64,000 nt of DNA from assembly GCA_963514005.1 (NCBI GenBank), contig OY740785.1, positions 54,808,001 to 54,872,000 of the forward strand, read 5' to 3'. Of this stretch, positions 12,391 to 25,163 are shown piece after piece. The translations under genes and the position numbers were made by a program. The notes beneath the pieces are model-generated. The model saw only the letters and a list, made by a program, of their open reading frames with translations. It did no database searches and had not been told where the DNA came from. The DNA is from Raja brachyura (lineage: Eukaryota). How positions within the stretch are numbered: the stretch's first letter is position 1; each line of letters opens with the position of its first letter.

Positions 12391-13989
12391 TTTTTCAGCT
12401 GAGATATATGTTTTTGCTTTTCAGATGATAATGTTTTGAGCTGATTATCAGAAGAGCCATTGGTGCAGCTGTAGTTTTTTTTTACAAATGCAGCCTATTT
12501 TATGCTTTAATTTAATATTCACATTACATTCACAGGATACCTCACTTCACATACAATAATTTTCCCAACGTGAAGTATTTACTTAACCTGCTGCTTTTTA
12601 ATTAATGATCAGTCAAATTAATTAATAATATGCAGGCTGATTAATGAATTGTAGATTTGAGAAAATGGAGATTGGGTTGCATTGTCCTACATTGCTTAGT
12701 CATTCTACGTTTTTGCAGTGTACTCATTTGATTATTCCAAAATTAATCAAATAGATACCTAAATTAATAATGTAACAAAAATATTATTTTTGGATAGAAA
12801 AGAGGGATTGGGCTAAATGTGGACATGTGGGACTAGTACAGATGGAACACCTTGGTCAGCATGGGTAAGCTAGGCTAAAGGGCCTGCTCTGTGCTGTATG
12901 ACTCTCAGAAATACTTCTCCACCATTCAAAGAATTCATATTAGAACATAGAATAGTACAGCACGGGAATTTGTCCTTTGGCCAAAAATATCGAACATGAT
13001 GCCAAGACCAACTCTTATCTGCCTGCACATAATCCATATCCATCCATTCCCTGCATATCCATGTGCCTATCCAAAAATCTCTTTATCATATACCATATCT
13101 ATATCCATATATCACTATCATGATCTATATTTCCCTCCACAGAATTTAATGAATTCCCCTGTAGTCAGGATCAATGCTGTTTTGAACAGCTAACACCTTC
13201 TTCCCTCCAGTTTCTTTGGAAGGAACCAGCCATAACAGACAACAGTGGTTTACATCTTATTTTAAGACCGAATCACAAATGTAGAAGTCAATTGAAATTA
13301 CTGCAATATGGCTGACTGGCAACAATTCTCTATATAGCAGATTTTGGTTATAGCTGAGCGAGGCTCCCGTTGCACTACCCTGCAACTTCCACCAGTTCCC
13401 CAATGAGCTGGCACTACATGGCATGCTTCCAGTTATGCGAGTGAGCAGCATGAAGGAGGCGTGAATACCAGACCCATCCCTGGTGATCCGCATACGGGGC
13501 CTGGGAATTTCAACTTATTCAACCCCCCCACGCTGTGTTCTTTCCCTCCCGGCCTTGGGTTAAAATTTAGCTACCTCACTCGGTTATAGCGGACTATCAG
13601 CAAAAATGGACAACACCCCCCACCACATGATCTGTTATTGTGAGGGCTTACTGTGTTAAACTTGAAATGATGGCTGGTTTAACCTTTTTATTTTGATTAA
13701 TTAGACTTTGTATGGCCTACGGTAGATCACTGGAGCCTTTAAATATTTGTGATAATTCAGATGAATTTACAGTGATTTTTATACTACGTTGAGCCAAGGT
13801 GCCTGGATGCAGAGTCATGGAGATCTACCCTGTTGTTTCCTAAATCTCACGTAGGTCCTTTCCAATATCTCCATTAGAGCCTACGATTTTTCCTGTCTTT
13901 TCCTCATAACTAGGTTCCCTCACAGATGAGATCACCTCGATGGTCTTTCTTTGGTAATATTTCCAGAGATTTATTCTATGCTCAGTACT

Positions 13990-14432
13990 AGGGCAGCATA
14001 GAGTTGCTGCCTCGCGGTGCTGGAGACCCAGGTTTGATCCGGACCTTGAGTGCTGTCTGTTAGGAGTTTGCACGTTCTCCCAGTAACCACATGGGTTTTC
14101 TCCAGGTACTTCGGTTTCCTTCCACATTCCAAATATGTGCAGGTATGTAGGTTAATTGGCTTCTGTAAAATTGCACATAGTGTCTCCTGTATGGTCATGA
14201 GTACTCGCCCAAAGAGTCGTACCTATTTCTGGTCACCGCTGGATTTTCAACATTTTGAAAATTTTCGGCAACCTGCTGCGACTATGACAGGTGCCAGCAG
14301 CCGCCAAAAAATTTGTGTAAGTGGGAGAGGCCCTTCAGTATGTAGGATAGTGCTCGTGTACAGGTGATTCCTGGCCAGCATGGACTCGATGGGCTAAAGG
14401 GCCTGTTTCCACACTGTATCTTTAAACTAAAA
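13990..14432 (+). mobile_element. tRNA-derived V-SINE with a CR1-like tail, interrupted by a MITE fragment (about 14180-14335)
   Basis: B-box-like GGTTTGATCC, V-domain GGAGTTTGCACGTTCTCCC..GGTTTCCTTCCACATTCCAAA, and tail GGGCCTGTTTCCACACTGTATC. Confidence 0.7.
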
Positions 14433-14449
14433 TCTATATTACTAAAAGT

Positions 14450-14891
14450 AAGATCTTTACCACTTCATGTCTTTCTGTTTCATGATTTTTGAAAAAACGC
14501 TGCCACTTACAACTGTGATTTTTGGCCATCTTACTCAGAGTTTGGTGGCCTTGCACCCTGCTTGAAGTGTTAAGAAACTGCACTTGGAATAGGAATAGCC
14601 GTGAGTCAACTGCTCGCCCACCAGCCGTTAGTGAGTTGCCAGCACATCAGGCTTGAGTGACTGAGCTGTCACCCCAAGAATCGATATGGCCCACAATGTC
14701 CATACTAGCCCTTAAGTCCCTTCAGCCCACAATACCCATACTAGCGCTCCTCCCCCCCCCCCCCCCCCCCTCACACACACACCACACACACTGGCCACCA
14801 ATATTGGAATTGGTGAAGAGGTGGAATATTGTGTTGGGGGACCAGCGCTCCCATGTGAACATGGGACCCAACGGGTCCCACTTAGTCTAGT
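14450..14891 (+). mobile_element. Repeat with a Helitron-like end
   Basis: Hairpin GGGACCC-AAC-GGGTCCC at 14863-14879, then CTAG|T at 14887-14891. The 5' boundary is uncertain. Confidence 0.4.
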
Positions 14892-17514
14892 ACTGTATTA
14901 AAAGCAGCCTGAGAACATCAATTCAGTACACTCACAAAAAGGCCTCGGGATTATAAGTGCTTCATCCTCATCCGGCAGTTGGTTAAATTGCATCTTTGCA
15001 TCTTCAGTAGCCCTCACCATAAATTATATCAGATTTTCAAAAATACCATAGAATAACACTTCTAACTAGTTTGGTTATCCTATTTAAATGCCCATATAAG
15101 CCCCATAATTGTACAACATTTTCAATTACTAAACGTTGCCTCATGCAAGCAAAACGTTTGTTTAATGCTTAATGAGCGCTGTCTCTCTTGTTAGAATGAA
15201 TGCTTGGACAGTAGATATGTAAGGTAACAGATGCTTCTACTGTGAAACATAGATGACTGACCAGTATTTGATTGACAGAAGTTTGGCTTCCAAACAGCTG
15301 TCTGAGTTGTCAGTATGATATATGGGTTTTTTTTTAAATAGCAGGGCCAAGTTATTTAATACACTAGGTTTGTTTTGTCATGCTTGAATATATTTGTCTC
15401 TTGGTGCTTAGCACAGCATGGAATGAAGATGGATGGGGTGTACTGCTTGGCAACACAATTTCTATTGACTCAGGGTTCAGAAACCCATAATTTCCCTTTC
15501 ATTGTTGAAAATTTTGAACATCAAGGCTGTCTTTGTATTGTAGTTTTGGCAGTGGTACCATACCAACATTTCCTTTGGTGAGGCAGTCGCCAAAGTATTG
15601 TGAAGACCTGAGTGTGTTCACCATTACTCGGCCATATCCAAGAAACCTACATATTTTGGGTTCTGGGTGCAACATAACTATAAAGGCTATTTTCATAGTT
15701 AATTTTGCACCTTTGTGGACATTATAAGGCAGCGGTGTGCATATTGCAGCATAAAGGACAGACACGATATTAACAGTGATAAATTAGTTATCCATAGTTA
15801 TAACACGTCAGTCTTGAACCTGCACATTTCACTAGAATTTAAGCTTAGAAAAGGGGATGTCACCACAATATCAGCATTTCAATGCAACAAATTAGACGGT
15901 GAAAAATGAGAAAAGATTGTTTTAAGAAAACTTTATTTTCTCCCAAATGGAAGTTCTCAGCGAGCCACTTAGGATGGGCTGCTTAGAGAACAAATATGAA
16001 AGTTGCATGATCAGTTCAAATAAATCAAAATGTTCTTGAAAGAATAGCTGGCTCAGATCCTTGTTGTGCAATTCAATGTCAGCAATTAATAGACGAGTAT
16101 GGAGGCAATACAGAAATGCTAAATATAATTCAACAAGCCTGTTTTCATGTCTCAAAACCAAAAATAAAATCATGAATTAGTCATACCATCACTTATTTCA
16201 TTAAATACTGCCAATTTCCAAGAAATACTAGTTGAATTACATGTTTTCTTGAAAATAATTAGCTGATATCTATTAGTATACAAATGCAACAATGAACAAA
16301 GGGAATAACATTGATCAGTCAGAACCGCTTAAGGAGAAAAGCCATACATTGAAGAACATTTAATAATTTGTTTTCTGCACAGGGTAGGATGCAAAGGAAA
16401 AATAAAAGGTTTTACCTGTTGGAAATATATACTAACGTGGAGTTATGTGGTTTCTCAAGATTCCAGCTGTTAAGGACTGAAAACTCATCTGACTAACCAT
16501 ACTTGATTAATTGGCCAACAATTGTCCAAAATATGCTGTGAGGCTTAAAAATTAGACTCTATAATTCTATATGCTTCAGCTTCCATAGTTTAGATTGCTC
16601 TCATTAAAACAAATCATTTCATTTCATTAATTTGGTAATCTATTAAAAGATAACATACAATACAGAAAAAATGGATTCATCCATTACTTAACTCCTGGAG
16701 ATATTCTAAACCTCTCATAAAATGATGTCCTATTGAAATATAATCAGCAGAGCAATAAAATATCATTTCAGATCTCAGAACGTCTAATTAATGTGAAACC
16801 ATATGTATGTATTTCTGTTGGATTATTCATCTACCTTGTATATGTGCTTTCAACTTCTGTACAAAATTACCAGAGAATGGTACCAAATTATGTTTTATAC
16901 CCACTTCTTTGATGATCTAGTTTATTTCTGATTTATATACAAAACTCTTCTGTTTTTAATTTAATGCATTTAAGTACCTTTGAAACTTTTACTGAAGCAA
17001 ACTTAATTGAAAACAACAGACCCCAGGTAATTATTCAAGTTATAATCACATAATTTGTTCCTCTTTCATGGAAGCATTGCATAAAATGTTGCTGAAACAG
17101 GTAATCCCATGGCATGCAATATTTGCACAACTTTTTCATATTTCAAACTGAACATCAGAAATATGTGGTTGGTAAATGGGTCCTGACGGCAGCATAGCAA
17201 AAACAGTAAGGGGATGGGAATGTTAGTAAATAATGGAATCAACAAACTTAATTCCTTAATCAATGACATTTCAGAAAGAAAAAGGGAAATGACAGCAAAC
17301 CAAGATAATTTAGAGATTCAAAAAGGCAAGTGATGGAAATAAGATCAAGAGAGGAAAACAATGAGACACCATGAATAATAAGAAAAATAGTAATTTTCCC
17401 AATGAAATTCCAGATTAATTAACTGGCTTTCTGCGTTAGAGAGATTCAAGGGTATTGTTTAAATAATGATCACATCATTAGAATCATACTTATGCCATGA
17501 TGCATGAGTCCTCC

Positions 17515-18920
17515 CAAAAGCCCTTGAAAAGGTAATGTTAAGTCAACTTATGCCTTACCTTCACCAAAATACTATCTTGGAAACTTTCCAATCAGGTTTG
17601 AGGGCTCACCACAGCAGAGTCTGCCTTGTTGAAGGTACATAATGACCTACTGCTCACCGTTGACTCCGGCGACTGTGCAATCCTGCTCCTTCTTGACCTC
17701 AGTGCAGCATTTGATACTGTCAACCACACCATCCTAATTGACTGTCTCTGGTACGGGGTTGGTATTGATGGCACTGCCCTGAGCTGGTTCATCTCCTACC
17801 TCAAAGGTAGGAGTTTCTCGACTAACATAGGCAACTCTTTTTCCTCCCCAGCTAGTCTCTGCTGTGGGGTTCCACAAGGTTCCATCCTTGGCCCCATTCT
17901 CTTCTCCCTGTATATGCTCCCATTATGCCAAGTCATTGAAAGGCATGGCATTTCCTTCCATTGCTACACAGACGATACTCAACTCTATCTCCCCCTGAAG
18001 CCCAAAAACCAATCAAATCTGCTTAACCTTACTTGCTGCCTTGAGGATATAAAGTGTTGGATGGCCCAGAATTTCCTCCAACTAAACGAGAGTAAGTCTG
18101 AGGTCATCCTTCTCGGCCCCTCGGACTCAATCAAAATGATAGCAGTCAGCCTTAGAAGCCTTACCCCACCAATCAAACTTCACGTCAAAAACCTTGGCGT
18201 GATATTTGACTCAGCACTGAAATTTGACAAACAAGTCAAAGCCATGGTAAAAGCTAGCTTTTTTCAGCTTCGGACAATAGCTAAAATAAAACAATTCCTC
18301 CAGTTTGATGACCTCGAAAAGATCATCCACACATTTATCTCCTCCCGCCTAGATTACTGCAACTCCCTTTACACTGGCATCAGCCAATCTTCCCTGTCCC
18401 GGCTGCAACTGGTCCAAAACGCTGCAGCGAGACTCCTGATGGGCACCCGAAAAAAGAACCACATCACCCCGATCCTGGCCTCTCTCCACTGGCTCCCTGT
18501 GCGGTTCCGTATAAATTTCAAGATCCTCCTCGATGTCTACAAAGCCCTCAATCAGCTTGCCCCCACCTGCATTAAAAGTCTTCTCACCCACCACTCCACC
18601 TCCAGGTCCCTCAGATCGGCTGACTTGGAGTTGCTGAATATCCCACGGTCTAGGCATAAGCTCAGAGGCGATCGCACCTTTGCAGTTGCAGCTCCTAGAC
18701 TGTGGAACAGCATCCCTCTTCCCATCAGAACTGCCCCCTCCATCAGCTCCTTTAAGTCAAGACTAAAAACTTATCTATACTCCCAAGCCTTTTTTGACAT
18801 CCTCTGAGCGATGGTATATGGTTTGTTTGTTTATATTATTCTTATAAAAAATGTAAAGCACTTTGGCCAACGAAAGTTGTTTTTTAAATGTGCTATATAA
18901 ATAAATGTGACTTGACTACT
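17515..18920 (+). mobile_element. L2-clade LINE, 5'-truncated, with RT ORF 17626..18807
   Basis: LLDLSAAFDTVNH, GVPQGSILGP, YTDDTQLY, SRLDYCNSL and LHWLPV. 3' end GCTATATAAATAAA followed by (GACTT)n. Confidence 0.92.
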
Positions 18921-19209
18921 AACCTTTTGTGGCAAGTTTAATATACAGATACATAACATTCTTAAGAATAACAAGAAGATTAAGGTCAAGCATTTTATTT
19001 AAAGAAAATGATGAATAAAATGGCATACTATGGAAATTCACATCTCTCCTTGAGCTAACTGAATGATTTGATAAAAGTGTTTGGTGTAAACTCAAAAGAT
19101 CTTATCGGCAATATTTGGCCCAGTAATAAATCTTCACAAAACTTGTGCTAGTTGCAAATATGGACCCACAATGGCATCCTTACACCAGCAGGTGCAATAG
19201 AGCTAAATT

Positions 19210-22200
19210 TCTTTTTTTAAAATATATTTTTATCAGAGGCCATACGTATTACAAATAATATGATAATTTTTTCAGATATACATATTACATCTTTCCAAAA
19301 TTATATAAATATTACCAAGTCATATATAGGCCTCAATTTTTTTTTTAATAGTGTGAAGAAGAAAAAAAAGAGTAAAGAAAGAATAGAGATTAATTTAAAG
19401 AGTGTGATTATAATTTTGATTAGAAGAGAAAAAGAGAGAGAAAAAAAGAAAAAAAACATATAACAAATAAACAATTATTATACTTAAAGATAAAAAAAAC
19501 AGTATACATCTTAACAATGAATGGAACAATTTCTAATTATAATATATAGAGACAAGTATATAAATTTCAGATTAAACATTTTCGTTTGATCTTACCACCG
19601 GGTACTTGTTGAGTTTCAATGCTGAGCCCAGCTACCCCTTCATATAATCAGTGAATGGAGCTTTGTTCAAAAAGCTCATGTTTATCCATTAGGATAAACC
19701 TAATTCTCTCCAATTGCAACGTCTCCAACATTTCCACTGTCCACATTTTAATTGTAGGGGATAATGGTCCCTTCCAAAATTTTAATATTAATTTTTTTCC
19801 AATTATTAAACAATAATCCAGAAAGTTTCTTTGATTTGCTGTTATTGTTTGATTTGAATCTGAAACACCAAATATTATTAATTTTGGGTCAGGGATTAAT
19901 GTAATCTTTAGAACTATGGAAATAATTTTGAAAATCTCAATCCAATAACTATTAAGTTTTGTACATATTACAAAACTGAGTTAAATCAGCTTCTATATGC
20001 TGACATTTATCACACAGTGGTGATATATTAGGAAAAATTCTATTTAATTTCTTTTTTGAGTAATGTAATCTATGTAATACTTTGAATTGTATCAAAGTAT
20101 GTCTGGCATTTAACGAACAGCGATGAATTCGTTGTAAGCTTTCTTCCCAAAAATCTTCTGATATCGGTAAACCAGTTTCATTTTCCCATTTTTGTCGAAA
20201 TAATTCAGTTGTTGGTATTTCCCTATCCAAAAGAATGTTATATATATATATGCTATTAATTTTTCTGTGTTTGGATGCTTATTAAGTACTTCTTCCAGTA
20301 AACCTGGATCTCTATTTCTGTAATCTTGCGTATGTAATTTGACATAATCTCTGATTTGTAAATATCTAAATAAATTATTTGCTTGCAATCGATAAATCTC
20401 TTTCAACTCCTGAAATGAGAGAAATATCCCATTCCTGTAAAGATGTTCTATCCTTATTATACCTAAATTTTTCCAATGTCTAAACCCCACATCCAATGTC
20501 GAGGGCTTAAACAGAGGATTATTCATAATTGGTAAACAAAGTGGCATAGTTTCTAAATGTAAAGTCTTAATGATTTGTTTCCAAATACGTATATTATTTA
20601 AAATTATAGGATTTTCCTTATATGTTTTTTTTGTACCACCCCTGGAGCAAGGGGTATTGTACTTATATCGAATGGTAAACAATCTTCCTTTTCTATTCTT
20701 AACCAAACCGGGTCCTGTTCCATATGTACCAACCAAAAATTAAAGTTCTTAATCTGAACCGCCCAAAAATAATATAAAAAATTAGGTAGGGCTAGGCCAC
20801 CATTTATCTTAGGTTTACATAAGTATATTTTACTTATTCTGTGATTTTTATAATCCCAGATAAAGCTGTTGACAATGGAATCAATTTTTTAAAAACAATG
20901 TTTAGGAAGATATAGTGGGATGGCTTGAAATAAATATAGTAATTGTGGCAAAAAAAATCATTTTAATGGCATTTATTCTACCAATCATTGATATCGGTAA
21001 TGTTTTTCAATATAAGATATTATTTTTTAATTTATTTAGTAATTGGGGAAATTTGATTTAAATAAAGAATTATAAGATTTTGATACATTAATTCCAAGAT
21101 ATTTAATTTTATTATTAACTATTTTAAATGAAATTTTTTGTAATTTATTCAATTTTATTCCTGTTATAGGCATAATTTCACTTTTCCGCATCCAGGGATA
21201 TAACTGCTAATTCAATATCATTCACTCTTTTCGAATAAATGATATTAAAAAGACGTCTTAAATTATAAGTGGAATATCGTTTAGGAATAAAACCTGTTTG
21301 ATCATGATGTATTAATTTATTGATCACTAAACTTAACCTTTGAGATAAATTTTTGTTAATATTTTTTGATCTGTATTTAAAAGAGCTATTGCTCTATATG
21401 ATCCTGGGTCTTCTAGATCTTTATCTGCTTTAGGAATAAGTGTAGTTGTGGATTCTTTTAGGGTTTCTTGAAACTGTTCTTGCTCGTAGGCATCTTTATA
21501 CATAGTTTGTAGCCGTGGGGCGATCAAATCATGAAACTTCTTATAAGATTCAACACCCAAACCGTCGGGGCCTGCAGCTTTACCATTCTTCAATGATCTA
21601 ATTGATTCCTCAATGTCTTTTGCTGATATTTCAGCATCTAATAATTCTCTACCTTCCTGATCTAATCCATTAATCTGACATTCCTGGAGAAATGCTTCCA
21701 TTCCATCGGGTTGATCCATCACCTTTGATGTATAAAGTTTTTGATAGTATTGTTGGAATCTATCATTAATGTCTTTTGGTAAAGTTAATATTTCTCCTTG
21801 TTCAGATCTGACCTTATATATCATTTTTTCTTCATCTGATTTTCTTAGTTGACGAGCTAACAATTTATGTGATTTATCCCCGAATTCAAAATATACTTGT
21901 TTGGTCTTTTGAAAAAGTTTAATAACATACTTTGATTGTATCTCATTTAACTTATATTTTAATCTTGCAATTTTGTTATGTATAACCCTAGATGGAGACA
22001 CAGAATTTTCCATGTCCAACTGCCTTATTTCATTTTCCAAATTCTGTTAAATCTTTCGGTTTTCCTTATTCAGATGTGCCTGCGCAGATATTATAGCACC
22101 CCGTATAAAAGCTTTAAATGTGTCCCATAAAAGAGACAATGAAATTCCAGGTTTATAATTAGTTTCAAAAAATAATTCAATCTGTTTAACCAGATAATCA

Positions 22201-24918
22201 TAACAAGCCTTATCATTTAATATTTGAGGATTAAATCTCCATTGCGAATATCTATTAGTTATACCCTTTAAATTAATCTTAAATGTTAATGGAGCATGAT
22301 CCGAGATAATAATATTATGATATTTTGAATCATATGTAAATGGGACAAGTTTTGAATCTATTAGAAAAGAATCTATCCTAGAATAAGTTCCAAATACCGG
22401 AGAATAAAATGAGTATATCTCGACCATTGGGATTATCATTTCTCCAAATATCCTTGACATTAGCTGAACAAATAAACAAATTTATGAATTCACTTGATTT
22501 AGATATAGCCTTCCTTTTAGTTGATGATCTATCCAAATAATTATCCAAAGTGCAATTTAAGTCACCCCCAATTATTAGATTGTGCTGTGTTGCTATAGAA
22601 ATAGTGTTGAATATTTTCTTAAAAAATAGCGGATTATCAAAATTAGGTCCATATATATTCATAAGTACAACCTTCTTCGAGTATAGTTCACCAGTAATTA
22701 TTATGTATCTACCTTCAGGATCTTCTATTATTGAACTATGTTTAAATTGAATACCTTTGCGAATAAGTATGGCAACTCCTCGAGATTTATGAGTAAATGA
22801 TGAATGGTACACCCTGGAAATCCAATTTGCCGTTAATCTATATTGTGCATCCTTTTTTAAATGGGTCTCTTGAAGATAAATTATGTCTGTTTTCATTCTA
22901 TTTCATTGCGCCAAAACCTTACCTCTTTTAATTGGTTCATTAATACCTTTTACATTCCAACTACAGAAGGTGATTCCATCACCCCCATTTTTCCTATTAA
23001 TGTCTTGCATTTTGATATTATGGTGGATTATAATGAGGTAGATGTCTCAGCATATACATCCCAATTTCGTACCCTAGATTGTGATCAACAAATGTTAATA
23101 CTAATAACTTTATCTGACATACGTATCTCCTCCAGTCTACTGTATAATACCATTCATAAGTAAAATAATATAATTCAACGTATAATATATTAAAAGAAAT
23201 ATAAAAATAAAAATAAAAAAAGTTAATAATATTAGTAGAAAAGTGCAGGAAAAAAAAAGTGTCTATTACTACGTTAAGTGTGATTAGTGTAAGCCACACT
23301 AGCGTGGCTATTAATCAACGGACTTCTGTTGGGGAAAACAAAAAGATGTTTATATTTCCAGCTCCGTAAATGCCTTAAGGGCAATATATTTAGGGGCGGG
23401 GCGTTACATTTCTATACTTATTAATGCTTTATTATTTTAACTACTACTATCGTTTTAAATTGTTTGAGGAGGAGTAACATACATTTGTAAATAATGGTTA
23501 GTACTAAACTATTACTATTGTATATTAATTTATTATTAATAATCATTATGCTCTCCATGTCCAATGATTTTAAAAGTTCATCATTCTTCCTCCTTCTTGC
23601 TGGGTGAACATCGGCATCAGGTAAGTGTTGAATATGATTCAAGTTCATTATTCTTCATCCTCATCTTCATCTTCTCTCTGTGTTCCCTCGGCTTCTCCTT
23701 TTTCTTCCTCTTCCAACTCCTTCTCGATTTTACGAGCGAACTCAAGAGCTTCGGTATGCTTAATGAAGTGGTGCTCTTTATTCTCATAGCTTACTCGTAA
23801 TGTGGCAGGATACATCAGGCCATATTTCAGGCCCTTTATATTCCTGAGGATGTGCCTTGTTTCAGTAAATAAGGCTCTTCTCTTGGCCACTTCCGCAGGA
23901 TAATTTATGAATATGCTGATCTTGTCGCCATCATAAAACAGATTCTTCTTACGAATTATTATCTTCATCATATCTTCCAAAACATGATCGTAGACCACTT
24001 TCACAATCAGTTGTCTTGGTGGTGAACCCGTCTTTGGACGTCGTCTCAGTGCTCTGTGCGCTCGGCCAAGCAGGGGTGCTTGCTCCAGATTCAAGACATT
24101 TTTCAGAAGATTTGCAGCAAACTCTCTGGTGTCTTGAGCTCCCTCCTTGCCTTCACGCACGCCCACAATACGCAAGTTCTTGCGCCGTTGCCTTCCCTCC
24201 AAGTCAATACATTTCTCAGTTATTTTATTCGATAAATCTGTTAAACGCTTGTTCTCGGAGAGAAGTTTCTCATTCGCCTTAGCACTTGAGTCAGCAATAC
24301 TAGTCAATTCTTTTATTGCATCGTGTTGTTGATCAAGTGTTCTCATAATAGGTTCCAACTTGAGATCAACCACGAGTTCCACACCACCAACTTTCTGATT
24401 TACTTCGTCCATCTGTTGTTTTAGATCAGCATCTGCTTTTGTCTTCCATTCATCCATCACAATTTTTACTGTGCTTACAACTTCTTTTTTCAATTCCTCT
24501 TTAACTTGCTCTTTAAATACTTCAATATCAGCTCTGAGTAACTTAAATTCTTCTTTATATTCTTTTTTCATTTTTTTAAGCTCACCCATAATGGTAGTTT
24601 TCAGATCTTCCATTTCAGATTTCTTCCTTGAGATATTCTCCAGAGAGCCAGTCAAACTCGAGGTCGAGGCTTCAGCTGGGCCTACCTCTTTTTTCGGCAC
24701 TGTTTTTTTCACTTTGGGAGGGGGGGTTCTTTGAGTCGACATTAACGCCGGTAAAGTCGCGCGCCTGATGACGTCATGGACCTAGCTGCCGGTGACGTTC
24801 ACAAACGTTCCTCTCTGGTGAGTAGCTTTAAATAACCCCGTTTTCTCCCGTTTTTAATACAATTTTTACAGAGCTGGACGGCGCTAGTTCCTCTTACTCC
24901 ATAGCGCCACCGGAAGTC
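19210..24918 (-). mobile_element. Near full-length L1 LINE with intact ORF1 and disrupted ORF2
   Basis: 5' start GACTTCCGGT. APE motifs (LQETH, GGDLN, SRID, SDH) and RT N-terminus (GPDG, YRAIALLNTD). A-rich 3' end. No TSD seen. Confidence 0.92.
23648..24742 (-). CDS. L1 ORF1p (coiled coil, RRM, CTD)
   Basis: 364-aa uninterrupted ORF with DLEGRQRRKNLRIVGV, RAHR and YPATL. Confidence 0.88.
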   Translation of the reverse strand: MSTQRTPPPKVKKTVPKKEVGPAEASTSSLTGSLENISRKKSEMEDLKTTIMGELKKMKKEYKEEFKLLRADIEVFKEQVKEELKKEVVSTVKIVMDEWKTKADADLKQQMDEVNQKVGGVELVVDLKLEPIMRTLDQQHDAIKELTSIADSSAKANEKLLSENKRLTDLSNKITEKCIDLEGRQRRKNLRIVGVREGKEGAQDTREFAANLLKNVLNLEQAPLLGRAHRALRRRPKTGSPPRQLIVKVVYDHVLEDMMKIIIRKKNLFYDGDKISIFINYPAEVAKRRALFTETRHILRNIKGLKYGLMYPATLRVSYENKEHHFIKHTEALEFARKIEKELEEEEKGEAEGTQREDEDEDEE

Positions 24919-24960
24919 TGCCAGTCCCTTTCTCACCCCTCTCACTCACTTTATGCTAGT

Positions 24961-25163
24961 TGCAAAGAGCTCAAACTCACACGGATTGAAACACAAGCAT
25001 CTTTATTGTTCAGGTCATCAACTACACAGCAGGTCAACACACGTTCACACTGCTACTCAGACTGGCAAGCAGTGGGCAGGATCTTACACTATGAATGTTA
25101 CAATTAGGCGGGGTTATAATTGCTAAGCATTCTAATTGGCTAACATGCAAAAGCCAATGCTAC
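24961..25163 (-). repeat. 3' LTR of the Gypsy element
   Basis: Direct repeat of 29246-29460, preceded on the minus strand by the purine tract AAAAAGAAA. Confidence 0.9.

Noticed and set aside
15922-16173. 83-aa minus-strand ORF as a host exon
   Set aside because: No recognisable domain and no convincing pair of splice sites.
19146-24966. TGCTAGTTGCAAA at 19146 and 24954 as an L1 TSD
   Set aside because: It is not adjacent to the L1 ends, and the second copy is formed partly by the Gypsy LTR, so it is likely chance.
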